Assembly: GCA_041690135.1 (NCBI GenBank)
Contig: JAWLHY010000003.1
Span: 448,001 to 512,000 of the forward strand
Reading direction: 5' to 3'
DNA length: 64,000 nucleotides
Source: Armatimonadota bacterium
GTDB taxonomy: Bacteria > Armatimonadota > SYMT01
Part shown: piece by piece, positions 23,428 through 32,118 of the stretch
Numbering within the stretch: the first letter of the stretch is position 1
Layout of the letters: each line of letters starts with the position of its first letter
The notes under the pieces: generated by a model
The model's input: only the letters and a program-made list of their open reading frames with translations
Databases searched by the model: none
Told to the model about the DNA's origin: nothing
Made by a program: the position numbers and the translations under genes

Positions 23428-23721
23428 TTGCTGCGCCGGAGCATTGGGCGGATCTGGATGGCACTCATGCTTGCGCTGCCAGCGTTGCCTGGCAACGCCT
23501 GCCCCATTTGTGAGACCGACACGGGGCAACAGGTGCGGCAGGGGATCTTTGACGGTAGCTTCGGCTGGAACGTGTTCGTCACGCTCCTCCCCTTTCCGAT
23601 TCTTCTGGGTGTCGTGCTGGCCATCTACTTCGGTATTCCCCGCCCTGTGAGGCTCATGGGCCGGCGATCGGACGCACGAATTACGGCGGGGCCGGAGGAA
23701 GCCCGGCGACCGCGGCTGTGA
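23428..23721 (+). CDS. Small exported/membrane protein with CxxC after the signal peptide
   Basis: TTG with ggaggg RBS; signal peptide then ACPICETDTGQQVRQGIF and one TM helix; 8 bp before the DUF2243 gene. Confidence 0.65.
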   Translation: MLRRSIGRIWMALMLALPALPGNACPICETDTGQQVRQGIFDGSFGWNVFVTLLPFPILLGVVLAIYFGIPRPVRLMGRRSDARITAGPEEARRPRL

Positions 23722-23729
23722 GTTGACCT

Positions 23730-24248
23730 ATGCAGAACGTTCCGAACTACCGCCCGCTGATTGCGGCGGGGACGGCACTGGGGATCGGCCTGGGAGGCTT
23801 CGTGGACGGCATTCTCCTGCACCAGATCCTCCAGGTCCACAACATGCTGTCCGCGGTGCGACCGAAGACCACGCTCGTGAACATGGAGATCAACATGTTC
23901 TGGGATGGGCTCTTCCACGCCTTTACCTGGATCATGACCGCCATCGGCCTGGCCATGCTCTGGGGGGCCGTTCGGCGTCCCGACGTGCCGCTCTCTAACC
24001 GGTGCTTCGCCGGCTCCCTGATTATGGGCTGGGGGATCTTCAACGTGGTGGAAGGCACCCTCGACCATCACGTTCTCCATCTCCACCACGTGGTGGAGCG
24101 GCTCGGCGTCTCCGTTTTCGACTATGCCTTCCTGGGCGCGAGCGTGCTGTTGATCCTCGGAGGCTGGAGCCTGATCCGCGCGGGGATGGCGGAGGGGGAG
24201 GTCGGCGCCGCTTCTCATCGATCCCAGGGCCGGGGCCTGGTCGGATAA
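23730..24248 (+). CDS. DUF2243 family membrane protein
   Basis: GIGLGGFVDGILLHQILQVHNMLS, WDGLFHA, FNVVEG and HHVLHLHHV motifs. Confidence 0.88.
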   Translation: MQNVPNYRPLIAAGTALGIGLGGFVDGILLHQILQVHNMLSAVRPKTTLVNMEINMFWDGLFHAFTWIMTAIGLAMLWGAVRRPDVPLSNRCFAGSLIMGWGIFNVVEGTLDHHVLHLHHVVERLGVSVFDYAFLGASVLLILGGWSLIRAGMAEGEVGAASHRSQGRGLVG

Positions 24249-24254
24249 CCGGTG

Positions 24255-25586
24255 TCAAGTCGCTCGTCCGCGCTGCCTCGGCTGCGCCTGTCTTCTCCGC
24301 GCGCCATAGAAATGCATCAACGGCGTCACCGAAGTTCCGTGGAGCACGACCGAAACCGCGATCGAGATCAGGGTCAGAGCCGTGAGGGGGTGCGCCAGGT
24401 CGGGCGGCAGGCCATGTTGGAGCGCATAGGCGAGGTAATAGAGTGAGCCGACCCCGCGGATGCCGAACCAGGCCATGAGCCGGCGCTGCAGGGGCATCGC
24501 TTCCGAGCCCAGCAGCCCGATCTCCACCGACAGAGGCCGGATAAGGAGAAAGAAGAGCGGCACAAACCAGAGTGTCTCCGCAAGAAAGTAGTGCCGGGAG
24601 AGCATGGTGCCCACCAGCACCACCACCCCTACCGTGATGATCCGCTCGAGCTGTTCGTTGAAGCTCAAGAGCGCATGGGCCATGTAAGCCGGGGCATGCT
24701 CCGCGTGGGTAGCCAGCCCGGCGCCAGCCTCACCACCACCCACTGCCGCCACGTCGGGCGGGGGAGCAGCACCGCTGGATTGGCTCTCGATGCGCCGCAG
24801 CGCCAGGCCCGCCGCAAAGACGGAGAGAAACCCGTAGGTGTGCACCAGGAGCGCCACTCCGTAGGATAAGCCGATCAGGCCGACCGCCAGGAAATCATCC
24901 AGGCCCACGGCCTCGCGATACTCGCGGCGGAGGTAGAGCACCAGACGTCCGATCAGGGTTCCCAGAACCGCGCCGACTGCCAGCCCTCCCCCCACGGCCC
25001 AGAGCAGGTCTACCGCGAACCAGCGCCAGCCCCCTTCCCCCAGTTCGTGCAGCCCGAGCAGACCCAGCCCCAGCATCACGAAAGGAAACGCGGTACCGTC
25101 GTTGAGACCCGCTTCGCCGGTCAGGCCAAACCGCAGCCGGTCCCGATCGGTCGCACTCTCGACCTGCACATCGGAGGCGAGTACGGGATCGGTGGGGGCG
25201 AGCACCGCGCCGAGGAGGACGGCCGCGCCGAGTGGGAGCCCCAGGCCCAGTACGCCTACCAGCGTGATCAGCGCGACGGTGATGCCCATCGAGAGGAACG
25301 CGAGCCGCACGGGCGTTTGCCAGTTCCCATTAGCGAGCGGGGTACGCAGCTTGAGGCCCGCGGAGAAGAGTGAGATGATGACCGCTACTTCCGTGAGCCG
25401 TTCCAACAGGGCGGAATCCCGGAGCGGGTCGAGCCGAATCCACCCGTATCCCAGTGCGCCGAGGACTGCGCCCAGGACGAGGTAGAGGAGCGCGGCCGTC
25501 AGCGGCAGTCGCCTCAGCACCGTAGGGGTGAGAGCCAGGGTTATGAAGAGCAACCCGAGAATGATGTACGCCGCGGTAGCCGTCAT
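24255..25586 (-). CDS. Cation:proton antiporter (CPA1/NhaP-like)
   Basis: LAPTDPVLA, EAGLNDG, WFGIRGVGS; many TM helices. Confidence 0.92.
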   Translation of the reverse strand: MTATAAYIILGLLFITLALTPTVLRRLPLTAALLYLVLGAVLGALGYGWIRLDPLRDSALLERLTEVAVIISLFSAGLKLRTPLANGNWQTPVRLAFLSMGITVALITLVGVLGLGLPLGAAVLLGAVLAPTDPVLASDVQVESATDRDRLRFGLTGEAGLNDGTAFPFVMLGLGLLGLHELGEGGWRWFAVDLLWAVGGGLAVGAVLGTLIGRLVLYLRREYREAVGLDDFLAVGLIGLSYGVALLVHTYGFLSVFAAGLALRRIESQSSGAAPPPDVAAVGGGEAGAGLATHAEHAPAYMAHALLSFNEQLERIITVGVVVLVGTMLSRHYFLAETLWFVPLFFLLIRPLSVEIGLLGSEAMPLQRRLMAWFGIRGVGSLYYLAYALQHGLPPDLAHPLTALTLISIAVSVVLHGTSVTPLMHFYGARRRQAQPRQRGRAT

Positions 25587-25655
25587 CGAACCTGCGCCTC
25601 AACTCGCATCGCCGCTGGCACCTCAAGACCAGCTGTCGAGTACCAGCCATGACAG

Positions 25656-25681
25656 ATACCCAGCTGAACCCTGGTACAAGC
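25656..25681 (-). promoter_or_regulatory. SigB/SigF-like promoter candidate
   Basis: GCTT-N16-GGGTAT on the minus strand about 70 bp upstream of the antiporter start. Confidence 0.5.
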
Positions 25682-25846
25682 AGGGGGCCCCGGTGCACTG
25701 GTGAGGCGCAACCTCCACCAAGCCTGCTGGAGCGCTCGGAGGCACAGGCCTGACGGCCGCCGCGCAAGAGCGCCGCGCCGATCCAACGCCGCATCCGATG
25801 GGTAATCCGCACTGACTCCTATTTAACCGTTGCCAGCGACGGTTTC

Positions 25847-25872
25847 CCTTCGGCACGCCCGGAACTGGGTAG
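25847..25872 (+). promoter_or_regulatory. SigB/SigF-like promoter candidate
   Basis: CCTT-N16-GGGTAG about 65 bp upstream of the DUF2254 start. Confidence 0.35.
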
Positions 25873-25936
25873 AACGCTCGGGAGAACGACGCGCTGCCGG
25901 TAGACGAGCGGATGACGAACGCCGCGGAGGGAGAGC

Positions 25937-27304
25937 ATGAAAGCCCGCCTGGGGAAGGTGATGAATGCGCTGGGGGCCAGCCTGTGGTTCCTGCCCTCGC
26001 TGCTGGCCCTGCTCGGCATCGTTGCGGCCTTCGGGCTGATCGAGCTGGACCGACGCTTGGAGCCGGCAAGCTCCGGGGTGGCCGCGCTCCTGTTTCAGGG
26101 CGGGCCGGAGGGGGCGCGAGCCGTGCTCTCGGCCATCGCTTCCTCCATGATGACGGTGACCGGTGTTACCTTCTCGATCACCGTCGTTTCCCTGACGTTG
26201 GCCGCCCAGCAGTACACCCCGCGGGTGCTGCGGCAATTCGCGGCGGATCGGGGCAACCAGGTGGTGCTGGGCACCTTCATCGCCACCTTCATCTACTCGC
26301 TGCTGGTGCTGCGGGTAGTCCGCGCCGACGACGCGGGGCGGTTCGTCCCGCACCTCGCGGTGACGGGAGGTGTGCTCCTCGCCGTCGCCTCCCTGGCGCT
26401 GCTGATCTACTTCATCCATCACGTGGCGGCGATGATCCAGCCTTCCAACATCATCCGGCGCATCGCCCAAACCACCCTCGAATTGATCGATAACCTGTTT
26501 CCGGAGCCCCTCGGCGAGGGCGCACCGCTCGAGGAAGTGCCGGATGAGAAGATTCCGGATGGCTTGGGACGGGGTGTACCCATTCCCATGGGCCAGACCG
26601 GTTATCTCCAGGCGGTGGATGAGGACGCGTTGATGAAGTTGGCGCGGGAGGAAGATCTCCTGATCCGCCTGGAGCGCAGGGTTGGGGATTACGTGATCCG
26701 GGGAATGCTTCTGGCGACGGTATGGCCCCACCAGCAGGCCCGACCGGATCTGGTCGACTGTGTGAACGGCTGTTTCGCGTTCGGGCGCGACCGGACGATG
26801 CAGCAGGATCCCGAGTACGGCGTGCTCCAGCTCTCCGATATCGGGGTGAAAGCGCTCTCTCCCGGCATCAACGACCCGACGACCGCGATGACCAGCCTGG
26901 ATTTCCTGGGCGCCCTGTTGCACCAGTTCGGAGGGCGCCGGATTCCCTCTCCCTATCGAAAAGACGAGGACGGAACGCTCCGGGTGATAGCGCGCGGGAC
27001 CGACTTCGAGCGGATGGCGGACCTCGCCTTCAGTCAGATCCGCCATTACGGGGAGCAGGACGCGGAAGTGACCCTTCAACTCCTGCGGACCTTATGCGCG
27101 ATCGCGCCCGCCGTGCGGTACCATCCAGATCGGCGGGAGGTGCTTCGGCGTCACCTGGAGGAGGTTCGCGCCGGAATGGAGCGCTCTATCCAGTCGCCCG
27201 CGAAACGGCGGCAGGTGGAACAGCAGTTGGGGGTAACCGAGGAAGCGCTGAGCCGCAGCGCGTCAATCTCCTCCGAGCCCTGCCGGGCGCAGTGGGCTGC
27301 GTAG
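25937..27304 (+). CDS. DUF2254 family membrane protein
   Basis: SLWFLP, FSITVVSLTLAAQQYTPRVLR, KALSPGINDPTTA, QIRHYG. Confidence 0.9.
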   Translation: MKARLGKVMNALGASLWFLPSLLALLGIVAAFGLIELDRRLEPASSGVAALLFQGGPEGARAVLSAIASSMMTVTGVTFSITVVSLTLAAQQYTPRVLRQFAADRGNQVVLGTFIATFIYSLLVLRVVRADDAGRFVPHLAVTGGVLLAVASLALLIYFIHHVAAMIQPSNIIRRIAQTTLELIDNLFPEPLGEGAPLEEVPDEKIPDGLGRGVPIPMGQTGYLQAVDEDALMKLAREEDLLIRLERRVGDYVIRGMLLATVWPHQQARPDLVDCVNGCFAFGRDRTMQQDPEYGVLQLSDIGVKALSPGINDPTTAMTSLDFLGALLHQFGGRRIPSPYRKDEDGTLRVIARGTDFERMADLAFSQIRHYGEQDAEVTLQLLRTLCAIAPAVRYHPDRREVLRRHLEEVRAGMERSIQSPAKRRQVEQQLGVTEEALSRSASISSEPCRAQWAA

Positions 27305-27366
27305 CCCGCCGGGTGTGGACGGTGCTTTTGCCCATCACGCCCGGCGGGCCCACCTCGCGGGAGACA

Positions 27367-27729
27367 TCAGGCCGCCATCGCGGTGGTGCGTCCCCCGACC
27401 ATGCGGCGGCAGGATTCGGCGCAGCGGCGGCAGGATTCCGCGCACCGGCGCATCATGTCGTCGTCCGCCATGCGCTCGCAATCCTCGGCGCACCGCTCGC
27501 ACACCTCCGCACACGCCGCGCACGTGTGCACGTGCAGGTCGGAGCCGCGCAGCATGAAGTCGGCGCTGGTCTGGCAGATCTCGACGCAGTCCAGCAGCAG
27601 ACGGATATGCTCCGCCTCGGAATGCCTTCCCCCCTTCTGGAGACAATGGGTGACCGTCTCGACGCAGATGGCGTGGCAACTCTGGCATTCATCGATGCAG
27701 TTTCGCATCTCGGGTGTGATGTTGGGCAT
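27367..27729 (-). CDS. Cys-rich four-helix-bundle copper-binding protein (DUF326/Csp3-like)
   Basis: Repeated CxxxC/CxxC (CIDECQSCHAIC, CAACAEVCERCAEDC, CAESCRRCAESC); no signal peptide; gaggag RBS. Confidence 0.9.
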   Translation of the reverse strand: MPNITPEMRNCIDECQSCHAICVETVTHCLQKGGRHSEAEHIRLLLDCVEICQTSADFMLRGSDLHVHTCAACAEVCERCAEDCERMADDDMMRRCAESCRRCAESCRRMVGGRTTAMAA

Positions 27730-27796
27730 GGAACGCTCCTCGTCTGTTCCGGACACAAGTGAAAGGCCGGGTCTCGCCGGGCAGTGCCGGTCGCAG

Positions 27797-27822
27797 TTAC
27801 CCTCTCCGGTCCAGCCCGAAAC
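27797..27822 (-). promoter_or_regulatory. SigB/SigF-like promoter candidate
   Basis: GTTT-N16-GGGTAA on the minus strand about 68 bp upstream of the Csp3-like start; closest match to the known consensus. Confidence 0.6.
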
Positions 27823-28030
27823 ACCCACCCAGCTGACCGCGCGCGACCCTGCGTTTGCGCAAAGAAGGAGACGGGCACTGTAGAAGGTCGGCGGGCGCGC
27901 GTGCCTTCCATTCGCCGTCACGCATCCGCAGCCTTCTTACCGCCACCGCACTACGAGCCTGACCCGTGAAAATACGCGACCAAGCCATGGGCGCTGGATC
28001 GGGTGAGCCCGCTTGAGGAGGGACCTGAAA

Positions 28031-29491
28031 ATGACCATCACCGAGATCGATTCCGCCCCCGCAATGCGGACAACGGTGGAGGGGCTGCGCCATCTGCCGA
28101 CGACGGCCCGGCCCTGCGTGGATGCTCGCGACGTCGTGGCGCCGCCGGGCTACACGGTAGAGGCCCTGATCGTGGGGCTTTCCCTGCCGACCAAACTCGA
28201 GTTCTCGCCCGACGGCCTCCTCTTCATCGGTGAGGGCGGCAGCACCTGGCCAACCCGCCCCGCCATGCCGCCGCGCATCCTCACCTACGATCCGGTCTCG
28301 GGCGAGCTGGAGGTCTTCGCGACGGAGGAGTTCGCCGGCCCGCGCGGGTTCGCCTTTCTGGATAACTCCGTCTACGTCAGCTCCAAGGGAGGCTACCGGG
28401 GCCGCATCGATGTCTACGACCGGACCACCCGCGAGCGCCGCACGCTCATCGAGGAGATCCCCAGCGGCGGTTGGCACGAGCCGGGCGGGCCGATCATTGG
28501 GCCGCATGATGGTCTCCTCTATTTTGGCCACGGCAGCGTCAGCCTGAACGGGATCGTCGGCCCGGCCGGGTTCACGGTGGACATCGCCAAGCACCCCCTG
28601 GCGCACGACGTCCCCGGCGCCGACGTGACGCTGACCGGAGACAACGACTGGAGCCGGAACCCGGCCGCGGTCTACCCGTTCATCACCGAGACCGGGGCCT
28701 ACAAGCCCTACGGCGTGCCGTCGCAGCAGGGGGAGAAAATCCAGGGCCAGTTGTGGTGCAGCACCGGTATCTGGCGCTGCAAGCCGGACGGGACCGACGT
28801 GGAGTTGATCGCCTGGGGGGTCCGCAATCCCTGGGGCATGACCTTCAGCCCGGATGGCGACCTCTACGTCGCCGACCTCTGCATGGAGGAAAAGGACCCG
28901 CGCCCCGTCGGCCAGGACCCGGGCCGGGTGTGGCACATCAAGAATGCCCGCACCCCGCATGGATCCGTCACCACGCCGGACTGGTACGGCTTCCCCGACA
29001 TCTGTGGTGACGGTCTGCCTGTCGATGCACCCGAGCATCGGCCCTTGCGCGGCCCGGCTCCCACCCGTCTGCTTGCGGACCCGCCCCCGTGGGCCGGGCC
29101 CGCCGTGTACCTGAATGAGCCGCATACCGGCAACGGCAGCCTTGCCTACTGCCCGTACGAGGCCTTCGGGCACCCGGGCAAGCTGTTCCTCTGCCAGTTC
29201 GGCACCTACTGGCCGCTCAACTCGATGCGCCCGGAGCATGAGCACAACGGATTTAACGTGGTCGCTATCGACCCGGCCACCGGCCAGTCCGAGGTCTTCC
29301 TGCGCAACCAGGTCGCCGGCCCCGCGTCCGCCCATCCCGGCGCGGGCGGGTTGGAACGACCCGTGGACTGTGCCTTCAGCCCGGATGGGCGCAGCCTCTA
29401 CGTGCTCGATTTCGGCCTGAACACCGCCACGAAGAATCTCGTTGTCGCCTACGCTCACACCGGCGTGCTCTGGCGCGTCACCCGCCAGTAG
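28031..29491 (+). CDS. Glucose/sorbosone dehydrogenase-like beta-propeller protein
   Basis: AWGVRNPWGMTFSPDG, WYGFPD, GLERPVDCAFSPDGRSLYVLDFG; gaggagg RBS; no signal peptide evident. Confidence 0.8.
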   Translation: MTITEIDSAPAMRTTVEGLRHLPTTARPCVDARDVVAPPGYTVEALIVGLSLPTKLEFSPDGLLFIGEGGSTWPTRPAMPPRILTYDPVSGELEVFATEEFAGPRGFAFLDNSVYVSSKGGYRGRIDVYDRTTRERRTLIEEIPSGGWHEPGGPIIGPHDGLLYFGHGSVSLNGIVGPAGFTVDIAKHPLAHDVPGADVTLTGDNDWSRNPAAVYPFITETGAYKPYGVPSQQGEKIQGQLWCSTGIWRCKPDGTDVELIAWGVRNPWGMTFSPDGDLYVADLCMEEKDPRPVGQDPGRVWHIKNARTPHGSVTTPDWYGFPDICGDGLPVDAPEHRPLRGPAPTRLLADPPPWAGPAVYLNEPHTGNGSLAYCPYEAFGHPGKLFLCQFGTYWPLNSMRPEHEHNGFNVVAIDPATGQSEVFLRNQVAGPASAHPGAGGLERPVDCAFSPDGRSLYVLDFGLNTATKNLVVAYAHTGVLWRVTRQ

Positions 29492-29516
29492 CTTCGGTCC
29501 GGAAGGAGATCCACCG

Positions 29517-30170
29517 ATGAATCCAGCCACCCTCCCGCCCCTGCAAACACCCGTTCCGCCGCCGCACGTTCCGGAAAACCAGGTCCGGCAGCCACTCCCC
29601 ACCGGCCCGGACGGCCAGGCGCCCGCCACTGCCCCGATCGCGATCGAGCTGGATGCGGAGACCTGGAAGGAGTACCTGGACCGCACAGCTCACTGGTTTG
29701 GTAACGTCCAGATGATCCAGACGGCGCACCGGGAGCTGGCGGAAGACACCCTCGGCAAGATCCACGAGACTCACCTGCGGCGCCTCCTGGAAGGAGTCGT
29801 CGAGCGGGCAAAGGTGCACGAACAGGAGGTGGAAAAGCTCTACCGGATCATCGGCCGGAAACCCTCCGGCACCCGCGCGGCGGGAGGGGTCGTCTGGGCC
29901 AAGTTCCGCGAGGCGACCGCGGACCTGATGTCCGGCCTGGGCGGAGGCGCGGCGGGTGGCTGGAAGGACATGCATCAGCTCTTCATCTCCAGCCTCAACA
30001 GCATCAGCGCGTGGGGTGCGGCCCAGGAGTTGGCGTTCGCCCTCGGTAACCGGGAGATCGTGGAAGTCACCTTCCCCGTCATCAACGAGAAGTTCGCCCA
30101 ACACCGGATGCTGCAGGAGCTCCTGATGGAAACAGCTACCCTCGCCATCCTCTACCGGGTCGATGTGTAA
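29517..30170 (+). CDS. Hypothetical protein, possibly ferritin-like (DUF892-like) helical bundle
   Basis: Pro-rich N-terminus then four amphipathic helices with ExxxxH and EKxxxH; aggag RBS; co-oriented with the upstream gene. Confidence 0.55.
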   Translation: MNPATLPPLQTPVPPPHVPENQVRQPLPTGPDGQAPATAPIAIELDAETWKEYLDRTAHWFGNVQMIQTAHRELAEDTLGKIHETHLRRLLEGVVERAKVHEQEVEKLYRIIGRKPSGTRAAGGVVWAKFREATADLMSGLGGGAAGGWKDMHQLFISSLNSISAWGAAQELAFALGNREIVEVTFPVINEKFAQHRMLQELLMETATLAILYRVDV

Positions 30171-30176
30171 AATGAT

Positions 30177-30914
30177 TCACCGATTGTTCGTGTGAGCCGC
30201 GCCGTTGCGCCCGACGGGATGTCGCTTCCAGAGCCGCATGGTGCGGAGTTCACCGCGCCCCACGAGAAGACACGCCGCGGCCGTAACCAGGTAGAGGCCC
30301 AGGAGCAAGACCCACGGTCGCCCTTCCACCGCCGAGGCGCCGATACCGGCATACACCCCGGCGACCGGCACGGACCCGAGCAAGCTGCCGAGGGCGAACC
30401 GCGCGCCATCGAAGTGCGACGCCCCGGCGACGATCGCAACCGTCTCCGCCAGGAGGGGTAGCGGCCGTGAGAGGATGACGGCCGCTGTTCCCCACCGGGC
30501 CAACAGCGTGCGAGAACGGGACGCTTCCGGCGGGGTGATCCGCTGGAGGGGACCGCGCAGTCCACGTCCCAGCGAGAACGCCAGCATGGAGGCGGCGAAG
30601 CTTCCCAGCACGGAGAGTGCCGCGCCCGACCAGGGGCCGAACAGCGCCCCATTGGCCACCATTACCAGGCTGGACGGCACGGGCAGAACCACGTCCAGGG
30701 CAAGCAATAGAAGACTGGTCGTCGCGGTCGCGGGCCCGGCCTGTTTCGCCCAGGTCGTGGGGGCGAGGGCGGCTCCCACCCCGGCCGCTTCCAGTCCCAG
30801 GAAGAGCGCCAGCAGCACCACGGCTACTGAAGAAAAGAGGAGGGCCAGCCCTCCGGGTCGGAGAGCTGGCCGCATTCCATGATCGTGTATGGAAGTGCCG
30901 GGCCGCCGGGGCAT
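30177..30914 (-). CDS. DedA/VTT (TVP38/TMEM64) family membrane protein
   Basis: DVVLPVPSS, GALFG, RPLPLLAE motifs; start uncertain. Confidence 0.8.
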   Translation of the reverse strand: MPRRPGTSIHDHGMRPALRPGGLALLFSSVAVVLLALFLGLEAAGVGAALAPTTWAKQAGPATATTSLLLLALDVVLPVPSSLVMVANGALFGPWSGAALSVLGSFAASMLAFSLGRGLRGPLQRITPPEASRSRTLLARWGTAAVILSRPLPLLAETVAIVAGASHFDGARFALGSLLGSVPVAGVYAGIGASAVEGRPWVLLLGLYLVTAAACLLVGRGELRTMRLWKRHPVGRNGAAHTNNR

Positions 30915-31012
30915 GGCGAAAGTCCCTGTCTATGCGTGGAGTTGCCATGCCTTTGCCCGGCTTACGCCGTCATGAAACTCCGCGACGGGCTGGCGCCCAC
31001 CCTTCCGGGTAC

Positions 31013-31711
31013 TTACTTCGCTTCCGCGCTCTTCGCCGGCACGGCCTCCAGGCTGATCGCCACGTTCACGTCGTTGGCGAGCGCCAGGACGCCGTTATCC
31101 AGGACCTGGTGGTACTTCAACCCGTAGTCCTGCCGGTTCAGTCGCACCCGGGTCTCCACGCCCAGCCGGGATCCGGCGCGAGGATCCTTCACCGGGCCAC
31201 CCAGGCGGAACGGCAGCGAGACTTCCCGGGAAACGCCGTGCATCACCAGCGTGCCGTGGGCGACGAAACCGTTCTGCGTCTTTTCCACGCGGCTGCTCCG
31301 GAAGGTGATCTCCGGGTACTTGGCCGCATCGAAGAAGTCCGGGTTGCGTAGGTGCTCGTCACGCGCCGGGATGTCGGTGTCGATGCTGGCCGTCTTGATC
31401 GTCACCTGAACCGAAGCCTTCTCCGGGTGATCGCTGTCGGCGACGATCGTGCCGGCGAATTCATCGAACCGCCCGCGGATGGTCGCGAGCCCCATGTGCT
31501 TGATCGCGAAGCTGACGTTGCTGTGGAAGGGGTCGATGGTCCAGGTGCCCTTTAAGGGCATCGTCGCCGGAGCGGTTCGGGGGGCGGGCGCCTGCGCGCG
31601 CATTTCGGAGGCGCTCCAGCCGCCCCAGAGGAGGATTCCGGCCGTCAATGCGGCGGTGGTCAGTGTGCGGGTTGTGCGCTGCACCGGGTGGGTTCCTTTC
31701 AGCGGGTCCAT
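31013..31711 (-). CDS. YceI family lipid/polyisoprenoid-binding protein
   Basis: WTIDPFHSNVSF, RDEHLRNPDFFDAAKYPEITF, RQDYG; signal peptide. Confidence 0.93.
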   Translation of the reverse strand: MDPLKGTHPVQRTTRTLTTAALTAGILLWGGWSASEMRAQAPAPRTAPATMPLKGTWTIDPFHSNVSFAIKHMGLATIRGRFDEFAGTIVADSDHPEKASVQVTIKTASIDTDIPARDEHLRNPDFFDAAKYPEITFRSSRVEKTQNGFVAHGTLVMHGVSREVSLPFRLGGPVKDPRAGSRLGVETRVRLNRQDYGLKYHQVLDNGVLALANDVNVAISLEAVPAKSAEAK

Positions 31712-31844
31712 CAGGGATTCCTAAAAGGTGGGGGTGGGTGGCTGTCCTGCTTGCCATGCGTCCACCGCCTACACCACCTTATCCACCGGCGCCTGCCGCA
31801 GACAATCGGTTAGTCCAGTTCCCGCGCCCGTCACAATCGCTGCC

Positions 31845-31982
31845 GGGAAGGGGATCGGGATCCGCTTCCCTCGATTCGTTACGCACTCTCATTCCGGTTC
31901 CCCCTGCGCTTCCTACTCCCACTCGTACCTTTCCGAAGTCTACAACCGTGGGGGCCTTTATCCTTATCTCCCGGTCCTCATC
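31845..31982. repeat. Degenerate hexamer tandem tract with a short inverted partner
   Basis: gggaaggggatcgggat followed by ctctcattccggttcccc, cttcctactcccactcgt and ctttatccttatctc. Confidence 0.5.
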
Positions 31983-32118
31983 GGCCGCAGGCTTGCATCC
32001 TTCTCATTGAAACCGTTCGCGGCGCCATGCCCCCGCCTCCCGAGCGCCAAAGAGGGATGTAGGACACTCGCCTGGAAATATCCGTTAACAGTTCCCCCGA
32101 GCCCACGGAGTGTTCCCC

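Noticed and set aside
27797-29686. Long antisense ORFs (629 aa here; also 2556-4070, 5167-6681, 9383-10669, 32749-34266, 45793-47328, 49252-50733, 62711-63928)
   Set aside because: Shadow frames of real high-GC genes, with no family motifs.
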